A stretch of DNA of 64,000 nucleotides, taken from contig CALVIG010000002.1 in NCBI GenBank assembly GCA_944329425.1, positions 75,880 to 139,879 on the forward strand, read 5' to 3'. Shown piece after piece: positions 19,793 to 28,484 of the stretch (its first letter is position 1; every line of letters begins with the position of its first letter). The stretch comes from an uncultured Bacilli bacterium. GTDB lineage: Bacteria > Bacillota_I > Bacilli_A > RF39 > UBA660. The notes under the pieces are model-generated. The model searched no databases and was not told where the DNA came from. It was given only the letters and a program-made list of their open reading frames with translations. Made by a program: the position numbers and the translations under genes.

Positions 19793-19815
19793 TTTAAAAA
19801 AAGGAGGTTTATAAT

Positions 19816-19938
19816 ATGGCATGCTGTGGAACAACAACTACCACAACTAGTTGTGGATGCAGAAGAGGTAATGGCTATTTATTAGTAATAGTATTATACA
19901 TCTTACTTGCAATAATAGTTGGTTCATTTATGTGCTAA
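19816..19938 (+). CDS. Second YjcZ-like tiny membrane peptide (40 aa) with a Cys/Thr-rich head
   Basis: RBS aaaggagg, then ATG at 19816. MACCGTTTTTTSCGCRRGNGYLLVIVLYILLAIIVGSFMC. Confidence 0.6.
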   Translation: MACCGTTTTTTSCGCRRGNGYLLVIVLYILLAIIVGSFMC

Positions 19939-19972
19939 AGGGAGCTTTTAAAAGCTTCTTTTTTCTTTTTTT
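19939..19972 (+). terminator. Rho-independent terminator
   Basis: Hairpin centred on agctttt/aaaagct followed by a long T-run. Confidence 0.7.
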
Positions 19973-20061
19973 ATTAATTTTTAATAAACGGTATAAAATA
20001 AATATAGATATGGGGTGATTTTACGTTTGTTATAAAAATAGGTAATAAAAAAATAAAACTT

Positions 20062-21414
20062 ATGAATTGGATCGTACTTATGGTTATAATGTCTTTAATT
20101 ATATATATTTTAGGTTCACAAATTTTTTTAATTCCCGTATTTAAAAAAACGTATAATTATAAAATAACAAAAGAAAATTATAGCATAAATGGTACGATTA
20201 CATTTAAAAAGAGTTGGACTAATTGCAATTTAATTGAAGAACAAATAATAACCGCTAATGATGAATTGATATATAATGAATTAAGTCAAGATTTAATTAA
20301 AGACGGTTTTGAAAGAAAAAAAGATAAATATATAAAAGTTACCAAAAAGAAAGGATCGTGTAAAAAATATGAAGATCAATATAAAAAACATAACTACTTA
20401 AATAACGTGGTATTTGAGTTAAAAGGAGATTCAAATAAAGAAATATTAGTTGGGGACAATTATGTTGAAGAATACGTTGTAGCTAAAGTTAATGGAAAAG
20501 AGTCAAAAGCCGTATCCATAAATTCTAATTTAAATAAAGATAAAGTTGGTACGTATGTAGTATCTTATTGTCTTACAATATCTAATGATTATAAGCAAAG
20601 ATTATATAGAAAAATAAAGGTTATTGATGATGAAAAACCGAATATAATTTTAAATGGAGATGGTGAAATTACGTTAGAATATGGTGAAGAATATAAAGAA
20701 CCTGGCTTTAGCGCTTCTGATAATTATGATGGAGATATCACAAGTAAGGTGATGGTAAAAAACACGATTAATACAAAAAAATCTGGCACTTATAAAATAA
20801 CTTATAAAGTATCTGATTCATCTGGTAATTATGTAGCAACCAAAAGAATGGTACATGTAAAAGAAAAGACTGATAACGTGATTAAAGAAAGTCCTAAGAT
20901 CGAGGTAAAAGAAGGAATAACTTACGTTAACGGAATAATTATCGTAAACAAAGATTATTCACTTCCAAAAAACTATGATCCAAAAGTAAATAAAATAGCC
21001 TTAGAAGCTTTAAAAAACATGCAAGCTGACGCTGAAGCACTCGGGCTTGATCTATCACTTATTTCAGGATATCGTTCATATGATAAACAAGAAAAATTAC
21101 ATGATGAGTACGTAAAAAAAGACGGAAAAGAAGTTGCAAATACTTATTCTGCTTTGCCAGGACACTCTGAGCATCAGACTGGATTAGCCTTTGATATAGG
21201 AAGCGTTGAACGTTCTTTTGCTGATACTAGCGAAGCAAAATGGATAGAAGAAAACGCACATCTTTATGGATTTATAGTAAGATATCCCAAAGGTAAGAGT
21301 GATATAACAGGTTACATATATGAACCATGGCACGTTAGATACTTAGGAATTGATATCGCTACGGACGTAAAAAACAGTGGCTTAACACTAGAAGAGTATT
21401 TAGGATTAAAATAA
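20062..21414 (+). CDS. VanY/M15B-family D-alanyl-D-alanine carboxypeptidase with an N-terminal TM and an Ig-like (DUF5011-type) domain
   Basis: 'SGYRSYDKQEKL', 'LPGHSEHQTGLAFDI', 'EPWHVRYLG'. Central 'DDEKPNIILNGDGEITLEYGEEYKEPGFSASDNYDGDIT...GTYKITYKVSDSSGN'. Confidence 0.85.
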   Translation: MNWIVLMVIMSLIIYILGSQIFLIPVFKKTYNYKITKENYSINGTITFKKSWTNCNLIEEQIITANDELIYNELSQDLIKDGFERKKDKYIKVTKKKGSCKKYEDQYKKHNYLNNVVFELKGDSNKEILVGDNYVEEYVVAKVNGKESKAVSINSNLNKDKVGTYVVSYCLTISNDYKQRLYRKIKVIDDEKPNIILNGDGEITLEYGEEYKEPGFSASDNYDGDITSKVMVKNTINTKKSGTYKITYKVSDSSGNYVATKRMVHVKEKTDNVIKESPKIEVKEGITYVNGIIIVNKDYSLPKNYDPKVNKIALEALKNMQADAEALGLDLSLISGYRSYDKQEKLHDEYVKKDGKEVANTYSALPGHSEHQTGLAFDIGSVERSFADTSEAKWIEENAHLYGFIVRYPKGKSDITGYIYEPWHVRYLGIDIATDVKNSGLTLEEYLGLK

Positions 21415-21423
21415 GAGGCTTAT

Positions 21424-21825
21424 TTAGGCCCCTTTTATTATTTCATGAACTTCTTTAGTATCTTTTAAAAGTTCTTTATGCTTTATAAATTCAACGAATT
21501 TTTTATCTTCATACTGTGGTTTTATATGTAAATGAAAATGTTTTACTTCTTGTGAACTACCATAGTTAATCATTAACGTATAACCAGTACAATTTAATTT
21601 ACCTTTTAAATCATTCATCAAGGTTTTGGCAACATCAAATATGTGCTGTAATACTTCTTTTGGTAATTCATAAATATCGGTATAGTGTTTTTTTGGAATT
21701 ATTAATGTGTGACCATCACTATCAGGATTAATGTCTAAGTATGCTAAACAAACATCATCTTCATATACTTTCATACTTGGTATTTTTCCATTTACTATTT
21801 TACAAAAAATACAATCTTCCTTCAT
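21424..21825 (-). CDS. HIT-family (histidine triad) protein
   Basis: 'CIFCKIVNG', 'GHTLIIPKKH' and the histidine triad 'HFHLHIKP'. Confidence 0.9.
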   Translation of the reverse strand: MKEDCIFCKIVNGKIPSMKVYEDDVCLAYLDINPDSDGHTLIIPKKHYTDIYELPKEVLQHIFDVAKTLMNDLKGKLNCTGYTLMINYGSSQEVKHFHLHIKPQYEDKKFVEFIKHKELLKDTKEVHEIIKGA

Positions 21826-21962
21826 ATTTTCACCTCTACATTTATTTTATCATAAATAGTAATAAAAAAAGCCATTATTTATGCTACTTTAAATATATAT
21901 CAATATTTTTTATTGAAAAATAACGTATTTTATGTATAATATTTAGCAATGGAGATGACATT

Positions 21963-23354
21963 ATGAATAAAATAGGGGAAAATAATAATAATTTAAAAAA
22001 TGTAGGACTAAAATGGCAACCATTTTTGTTACCAGATGAAAGCGAAATACTTACCGTACCAAACTATGAAAAAAACAGCATGTTATATATTTATATTAGT
22101 AAATATTTACCATGGATAGAAGAAGAAAATATAAGATCTGAAAATCAGGTAAATAAAAACACACAGTTAACAAGGAATCAATTAATGGGGGATATTGAAT
22201 TTATTAAAGGTAATAATTATAAACCCATTTATAGTTTATACGAAGCTTATGATGACCGTTGGCTAAATAAGTTTGTAAAAGTAATTGATAATTATAAAGG
22301 GAAGGTTAATGATAAAAAATTACGTAAAGTTTTAAATGAAGCAAAATTATTTTTTCAAAAAAATCCAGGAGATTTTTTATCATTTTTCTTAAGAAAATTA
22401 GCACAAACTTCATCAAATAAAACATTATTTTTTACGTCTCCAACAATTTATAATGGTGATGTTCAATCCGTGGTTGAATTTTTGGGTAAAATTCATGAAA
22501 ATAAATGGTATCGTGAAACTTATTCTTGGATTACCTTGGAAGACATTAAAGAGCTTATTTATTCAGGTATAAAGTTTATTCCTTCAGAAAAGCTAGATTA
22601 TTTTGCAAAAATTAACCAACCTGTAACTGAAAGTGTATCTATTTCTAGTTTTTTTGATTTAATCGAAAGAAAACCAGAATATTTAAGCGGTGATATAAAG
22701 GACCTTTTTAAAGCATTATCTGAAATCAACCAATTATCTAAGCGGGATAAAAAAATTATTGAATTAGAAAAACAATTAGTCTGCTTATGTTTAGATGTAA
22801 ATGGAAAGAATGATCCTTATGTTAAAAGCAAAGATAAAATGATTTTAGAAGAAAGATGTAACCGAAGAGGCAGGTTTTTAGTAGGCTGCCTTGCTAATTC
22901 CAGGTATCCTGAAATATTATCTAAGCTTTTATTAAATAAAGCTTTTATTAGTAATGTGTTATATATCCCACATAGAAAGACTTGTTTATTTGATGGATTT
23001 GACGCTATAATTTATTGTATTTCTAATGCTAAAGATGACAAGCAAGCAAAAGAAATGGTTGAAAAAGTCATTAATTACTTTGAAAAACATGATTTTGAAA
23101 AATATAAAGGTGTATACGTATCAGAGTATGATTTAGTGAAACTTTTTGAAGCTAATTCAGCATTATATGGTATTGTTCAAGATGCTATTGGGATTTGTTC
23201 TGATGAGGTTACAAAGCCAACATTTAATAATTCTTCGGCTTTTTTACAACCAACGTATAGATTTTGTGATGCTGACGGTGAAAAAGATTTAAATAACGAA
23301 AGTAATCAAGCAATTTGTGATAGCTTTATAGATGCAGCAAAATGTATAAAATGA
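21963..23354 (+). CDS. Hypothetical protein
   Basis: 463-aa ORF with RBS 'atggagatga'. No recognised motif. The terminator tagagaa-ataaa-ttctcta plus T-run lies near 23421-23450. Confidence 0.5.
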   Translation: MNKIGENNNNLKNVGLKWQPFLLPDESEILTVPNYEKNSMLYIYISKYLPWIEEENIRSENQVNKNTQLTRNQLMGDIEFIKGNNYKPIYSLYEAYDDRWLNKFVKVIDNYKGKVNDKKLRKVLNEAKLFFQKNPGDFLSFFLRKLAQTSSNKTLFFTSPTIYNGDVQSVVEFLGKIHENKWYRETYSWITLEDIKELIYSGIKFIPSEKLDYFAKINQPVTESVSISSFFDLIERKPEYLSGDIKDLFKALSEINQLSKRDKKIIELEKQLVCLCLDVNGKNDPYVKSKDKMILEERCNRRGRFLVGCLANSRYPEILSKLLLNKAFISNVLYIPHRKTCLFDGFDAIIYCISNAKDDKQAKEMVEKVINYFEKHDFEKYKGVYVSEYDLVKLFEANSALYGIVQDAIGICSDEVTKPTFNNSSAFLQPTYRFCDADGEKDLNNESNQAICDSFIDAAKCIK

Positions 23355-23580
23355 AATAAAATACAATATAATATAACGCATATTTTAATAGAATAATTTA
23401 AACTTAGTTTGTTAATTAAATAGAGAAATAAATTCTCTATTTTTTATTTTGTAGAGTCAAATGTATTTGAATAAAATAAATTGAGTGAATAGTATATTAG
23501 TAGGAAGTAGTAGTGGTTGTATAAAAAATTATGTTACTAAAATAAATATGTAAAATAATTAAAAATTGGGGGGTGAAAAG

Positions 23581-24774
23581 GTGAATTTTAACGATGATTT
23601 TAACATGCTTTCTTCTGGGATTACGTATTTTGATAACTGTGCAACAACGCTAAAACCAAGGTGCGTTATTGATGCCGTTAGTGATTATTACAAGAATTAT
23701 AGTGCCAATGCAAGCCGTGGTGATTATGATATAAGTTTTAAAGTCGATAAAAAAATAAATGAAGCAAGAAAGAAGGTAGCAGGTTTTATAAATGCAAGTA
23801 ATGATAAAGAAATAATATTTACTAGTGGTGCTACCGAAAGCTTAAACATGATTATTAAGGGATTTTTTACGAATTATTTAAAACCTGGTGATGAAATATT
23901 AACTACTAAAGCAGAGCATGCATCACTTATATTACCTTGGTTTGAAGTGGCTAGAAAAACAAATGCTGTAGTTAAATACGCGGATTTAGAAAATGATTTA
24001 TCTTTAACGTTAGATAACTTAAAAAAAAGCGTGACTAAAAATACTAAAGTAATATCACTTGCACACATTACTAATGTTATTGGGGATGTTAGACCGATAA
24101 AAGACATAATAAAATACGCTCATGAAAATGGTATATTGGTCGTTATTGATGGTGCTCAAAGTGTTCCACATCAAAAAATAGATGTAACTAATCTCGACGT
24201 GGATTTTTTAGCTTTTTCTGCGCACAAAATGTTAGGGCCTACGGGATTAGGCGTTTTGTATGGAAAAGAAAAGTATTTAAACATGATGGAACCAATTATT
24301 ACTGGTGGTGGCATGAACGCTTTTTTTGATAGCTTTATGAATACCCAGTATAAGGATATTCCGGATAAATTTGAAGCAGGTACCCTTAACATATCAGGGA
24401 TAATAGGTTTTTCAAAAGCCATAGACTATTTAAATAACCTTGGAATGGAAAACGTTCATAAATATGAGGTTGATTTAAAAAAATACATGATAAGTGAAAT
24501 GTCAAAATTAAATAACGTAATTATTTATAATAAAAACACACCAAATGGTATCATTACCTTTAACGTTAAAGGGATTAACGCTAAGGATGTTGCATCATGT
24601 TTAAATAAAAAAAACATATGTGTTAGGGTAGGAAGTCACTGTGCAAAGATGTTATCGGAGGTTCTTGGGGTAAATAATACTTGTAGAGCAAGTTTGTATT
24701 TTTATAATACCAAAGAAGATGTTGACAAATTTATAATGGCGTTGGATAATATAATTATAATGAAAAACATTTAA
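23581..24774 (+). CDS. Cysteine desulfurase (class V aminotransferase, SufS/NifS-like)
   Basis: PLP-lysine context 'FSAHKMLGPTGLGVLYG', active-site Cys 'RVGSHCAK', 'DGAQSVPH'. The GTG at 23581 follows RBS 'ggggggtgaaaag'. Confidence 0.88.
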   Translation: MNFNDDFNMLSSGITYFDNCATTLKPRCVIDAVSDYYKNYSANASRGDYDISFKVDKKINEARKKVAGFINASNDKEIIFTSGATESLNMIIKGFFTNYLKPGDEILTTKAEHASLILPWFEVARKTNAVVKYADLENDLSLTLDNLKKSVTKNTKVISLAHITNVIGDVRPIKDIIKYAHENGILVVIDGAQSVPHQKIDVTNLDVDFLAFSAHKMLGPTGLGVLYGKEKYLNMMEPIITGGGMNAFFDSFMNTQYKDIPDKFEAGTLNISGIIGFSKAIDYLNNLGMENVHKYEVDLKKYMISEMSKLNNVIIYNKNTPNGIITFNVKGINAKDVASCLNKKNICVRVGSHCAKMLSEVLGVNNTCRASLYFYNTKEDVDKFIMALDNIIIMKNI

Positions 24775-24797
24775 TGTATAAAAAAGGAGTAGTATGT

Positions 24798-25229
24798 ATG
24801 TTTAATAAAAAAGAATTTGTTGATCCTAAAAAAATTATGTTTGCTCATTTAGCAAAATTAACTGATGATGATTTGGAAATAAACAAATTAGATAACGTTA
24901 ACATAAGGTGTACGAATGAATCATATATCGTTGGTGAACTTGGAAAAACAAAGGATAACGTACCAATATTTTTAGATGTTATGAATGATGATTCGTTTGG
25001 CTATTTATATTTTAATACCGTTAGTGATGCTGAGTATGCTTTGCGTCCGTTTGAAGGTGAGGAATTGTTTGTAATTAACGCTAAACCTTTAACCGATCTT
25101 GGAATATATGATGTAATCGAAAAAGAAAAATTAAAAGAAAAATTATCTGGTTTGGGGCTTATATTTAACTTTATGGATGAGGAAGAAGTTAAACAAAAAA
25201 CGAAGGTTCCAGTTATGAGAATGTATTAA
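24798..25229 (+). CDS. Hypothetical protein
   Basis: ORF immediately after the desulfurase. ATG at 24798 after 'aaaaggag'. It has only one Cys, so it is not SufU/IscU-like. Confidence 0.45.
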   Translation: MFNKKEFVDPKKIMFAHLAKLTDDDLEINKLDNVNIRCTNESYIVGELGKTKDNVPIFLDVMNDDSFGYLYFNTVSDAEYALRPFEGEELFVINAKPLTDLGIYDVIEKEKLKEKLSGLGLIFNFMDEEEVKQKTKVPVMRMY

Positions 25230-25434
25230 TTTATAAATAAGTTTATCGATTATTGTCAAAACTTGTTTATTGCTTTAGAAAAATTAAATATTTGTAATAA
25301 AAATAAAACTAAAACGTTATTTTAACTTATTAGTTTTATTTTTTTTGTATGCTAAGTATTACTAAGTTTAGTTTTTCCTTTTTTGTTTATTAATATTAAA
25401 AGTTGTATATTACTTTTCGAAAGGAGAAATTAAT

Positions 25435-25773
25435 ATGTTAAATCAATTGGTAGTAATAGGAAGGTTAGTAAGGGATCCTGAACTTAGAAAAACCGAAAAT
25501 GGTAAAAACGTTACTAACATAACTTTGGCGGTACCAAGGAGTTATAAAAATCCTAACGGGGAGTATGATACTGATTTTATTGATTGTGTTTTATGGAGCA
25601 CGGTAGCAGAGTCAACTACCGAGTATTGTAAAAAGGGTGACTTACTTGGGGTAAAAGGAAGGATTCAAACAAGAAGAATAGAAACCGAAGATGAAAAAAC
25701 AAAGCAAGTAACCGAAGTGGTTGCAGAAAAAGTAACGTTTTTATCATCAAGAAAACACAAAGAAACGGATTAA
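25435..25773 (+). CDS. ssb: Short single-stranded DNA-binding protein (SsbB-like, no acidic C-terminal tail)
   Basis: OB-fold 'VVIGRLVRDPELRKTENGKNVTNITLAV', 'DFIDCVLWSTVAE', 'KGDLLGVKGRIQTRR'. 112 aa, ending '...SRKHKETD'. Confidence 0.88.
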   Translation: MLNQLVVIGRLVRDPELRKTENGKNVTNITLAVPRSYKNPNGEYDTDFIDCVLWSTVAESTTEYCKKGDLLGVKGRIQTRRIETEDEKTKQVTEVVAEKVTFLSSRKHKETD

Positions 25774-25789
25774 CCCGTTTCTTTTTTTA
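25763..25789 (+). terminator. Rho-independent terminator
   Basis: aaacgg-attaac-ccgttt hairpin overlapping the ssb stop, followed by a T-run. Confidence 0.6.
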
Positions 25790-25836
25790 TTATTTTTGTT
25801 ATAATTAAAATAGTTTAATAATAAGGGGATGAAATT

Positions 25837-27111
25837 ATGAACATAGTAAGTATCATAGAAAAGAAAAAGGATAAGAAAACACTTACTTGTGATGAAATAA
25901 ATTACGCGGTAAATGGTTACGTAATGGGAATAATATCGGATGCACAGATGTCATCTCTTTTAATGGCAATTTGCATTAACGGGATGAACATGGATGAAAC
26001 GTATTTTTTAACTAAAGCCATGATTGAAAGTGGAGATCAAATTGACTTATCTAAAATTCCTGGAATAAAGGTAGATAAACATTCTACCGGTGGTGTTGGC
26101 GATAAAACTACGCTAGTTGTGGCTCCAATAGTTAGTGCTTGTGGTGTTTCGGTAGCAAAATTATCCGGAAGAGGTTTAGGACATACTGGCGGTACAATCG
26201 ATAAATTAGAATCAATTAAAGGATTTAGATCTGATTTATCTGAAGAAGAGTTTATAAAACAAGTAAGGGAAATAGGAATCGTAGATGCCGAGCAAACGAA
26301 GGAAATCGTTCCTGCTGATAAAAAGATTTATGCCTTAAGGGACGTTACCGGAACAACTAGATCAATACCTTTAATAGCATCTTCAATAATGAGTAAAAAA
26401 ATAGCGGCAGGGGCTGATAAGATAGTACTTGACGTTAAAACTGGTTCAGGGGCTTTAATTACCGATTTTGAAGAATCCGTTGAACTTGCTAAAACCATGG
26501 TTATGTTAGGGAAAAAATTTAATAAAGAAACCATCGCTTTAATAACCGACATGAATGAGCCTTTAGGAAGTGCGATAGGAAATGGTTTGGAAGTAGAAGA
26601 AGCAATTAAAACGCTAGAGGGAAACGGAGAAAAATCACTGGTAACTTTAAGTATTACTTTGGCGGCGTACATGATAAGTTTAGGAAAAGAAATACCATTT
26701 GAAGAAGCTAAAGAAGAAGCGATTGATGCACTTACTAGTAAAAAAGCCCTTAATAAGTTTAAGGAATTTGTTAAGTATCAAGGTGGTGACATAAAAAGCG
26801 TTAACGTGTCTAAAAAAACTTATGACATATACGCAAATGGAAGCGGTTACGTAAAAGATATTGATGAAACCTTGCTTGCAATGGAATGCTTAAACATGGG
26901 TTCTGGTAGAAAAAATAAAGATGACGTTATAAATCCAGGCGTTGGAATGGTTGTAAAAAAGCACATTGGAGATTATGTAAAAAAAGGTGATACTTTAGTA
27001 ACGGTTTATTATGATAACGTTAAGGTAAACGACGTAAACGTTATAAAATCATTCATCCTTAGTGAAAAAAAAGAAGAAGGTTTTCCTCTTATATATACCG
27101 TTATAAAATAA
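25837..27111 (+). CDS. pdp: Pyrimidine-nucleoside (thymidine) phosphorylase
   Basis: 'VDKHSTGGVGDKTTL', 'SGRGLGHTGGTIDKLESI', 'KKIAAGAD'. Confidence 0.93.
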   Translation: MNIVSIIEKKKDKKTLTCDEINYAVNGYVMGIISDAQMSSLLMAICINGMNMDETYFLTKAMIESGDQIDLSKIPGIKVDKHSTGGVGDKTTLVVAPIVSACGVSVAKLSGRGLGHTGGTIDKLESIKGFRSDLSEEEFIKQVREIGIVDAEQTKEIVPADKKIYALRDVTGTTRSIPLIASSIMSKKIAAGADKIVLDVKTGSGALITDFEESVELAKTMVMLGKKFNKETIALITDMNEPLGSAIGNGLEVEEAIKTLEGNGEKSLVTLSITLAAYMISLGKEIPFEEAKEEAIDALTSKKALNKFKEFVKYQGGDIKSVNVSKKTYDIYANGSGYVKDIDETLLAMECLNMGSGRKNKDDVINPGVGMVVKKHIGDYVKKGDTLVTVYYDNVKVNDVNVIKSFILSEKKEEGFPLIYTVIK

Positions 27112-27168
27112 AAAATATTAAATGTATAAATTATAAAAAGAAACATATTTTTTACTAGAGGTGTTAAA

Positions 27169-28377
27169 GTGAAAAAAATATGTTTTTTTATTATTTGTCT
27201 TTTTATGTTTTTGCCATTAATAAGTGCGCTTGAAGAAGAAAAACAAGAAACTAATACTACTAACGAAGAAGAAAAACAAGATACGAAAACCGAAGATGAT
27301 GGCTTACTAAGTGATGGTAAAAGTGCTATTTTAATTGAAGCATCAACTGGTAAAATACTATACGAAAAAAACTCTCATGAAAGATATGCGCCAGCTTCAA
27401 TGACCAAAATAATGAGTATGATACTTATTATGGAAGAAATAGAAAAAGGTAATTTAAAATGGAACGATACTTTGGTAGCAAGTGAGTATGCCGCATCTAT
27501 GGGTGGATCTCAAATATTTTTACAACCGAACGAAAAGATGAGCGTAAAAGATTTGTTTAAAGCGGTAGCAATAGGTTCTGCTAATGATGCAACGGTTGTT
27601 TTTGCGGAAAAAATAGCAGGAACTGAAGAAAAATTCGTAGAAAAAATGAATAAGAAAGCAAAGGAATTAGGGCTTAAAGATACTAACTTTAAAAACGCCG
27701 TAGGGCTTGATGAAGCTAATCATTATTCATCAGCTTATGACATGGCTTATATGGCTAAAGAATTAGTTAAGCATGAAAAAATATTTGAATTTACTACGAT
27801 ATATGAAGATTACTTAAGACAAAATACTGATAATAAGTTCTGGCTTGTAAATACCAATAAACTTATAAAGACGTACGATGGGGCAGACGGGCTTAAAACA
27901 GGATACACCACCGAAGCAGGATATTGTTTAACCGCTACTGCGTACCGAAACAACATGAGGTTAATAGGAACGATAATGGGTGCTAAAGAAAGCAAAACAA
28001 GAAATACAAACATGGCTACTTTGTTAGATTATGGTTTTAACATGTATCAGATGCAAGTTGAAGTAAAACAAGGTGAAGTAGTGTCTAAAAAGAAATCTTC
28101 TAAAGCAGAAAACGAAGTAATAGAAATAGTACCTAAAAAAGATGCTAGTGTATTAGTAGAAAAAGGAGAAGAAAAAGAAGCTTTAAACTATGAAATGAAT
28201 TTAGATAAAATAAAACTTCCAATAAAAAAAGGAGATAAAATAGGTGTATTAAAATTAAAGGATGGTAATAAGGTTATAAGTACCGTTGATTTAACGGTTA
28301 AAGAGGACGTAGAAAAAGCAAGTATACTAGAACTATATAAAAGGTCAATAAAATCTATTTTATCAGGTAATATGTAA
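27169..28377 (+). CDS. D-alanyl-D-alanine carboxypeptidase (S11, PBP5/DacB/DacF-like)
   Basis: Signal peptide, SxxK 'ASMTKIM', SxN 'GSANDA', KTG 'LKTGYT' and a C-terminal PBP5 beta domain. Confidence 0.9.
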   Translation: MKKICFFIICLFMFLPLISALEEEKQETNTTNEEEKQDTKTEDDGLLSDGKSAILIEASTGKILYEKNSHERYAPASMTKIMSMILIMEEIEKGNLKWNDTLVASEYAASMGGSQIFLQPNEKMSVKDLFKAVAIGSANDATVVFAEKIAGTEEKFVEKMNKKAKELGLKDTNFKNAVGLDEANHYSSAYDMAYMAKELVKHEKIFEFTTIYEDYLRQNTDNKFWLVNTNKLIKTYDGADGLKTGYTTEAGYCLTATAYRNNMRLIGTIMGAKESKTRNTNMATLLDYGFNMYQMQVEVKQGEVVSKKKSSKAENEVIEIVPKKDASVLVEKGEEKEALNYEMNLDKIKLPIKKGDKIGVLKLKDGNKVISTVDLTVKEDVEKASILELYKRSIKSILSGNM

Positions 28378-28399
28378 GAGATATTAATCTCTTTTTTTA
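28377..28399 (+). terminator. Rho-independent terminator, the last clearly core feature before the AT-rich accessory block
   Basis: agagat-atta-atctct followed by a T-run. Confidence 0.65.
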
Positions 28400-28484
28400 T
28401 GTTTATTTATGTCATGATAATATTTTTTAAAAAATAAATGTTATAATACATAATAATAGTTAATAATTGATATGGAGAAAGTAT

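Noticed and set aside
23355-23580. The 226-nt leader upstream of the cysteine desulfurase, and the 205-nt region upstream of ssb (25230-25434), considered as possible riboswitches.
   Set aside because: I found no conserved riboswitch core (no T-box, SAM, or similar signature) and no convincing antiterminator/terminator alternative. The only clear structures are terminators of the upstream genes.
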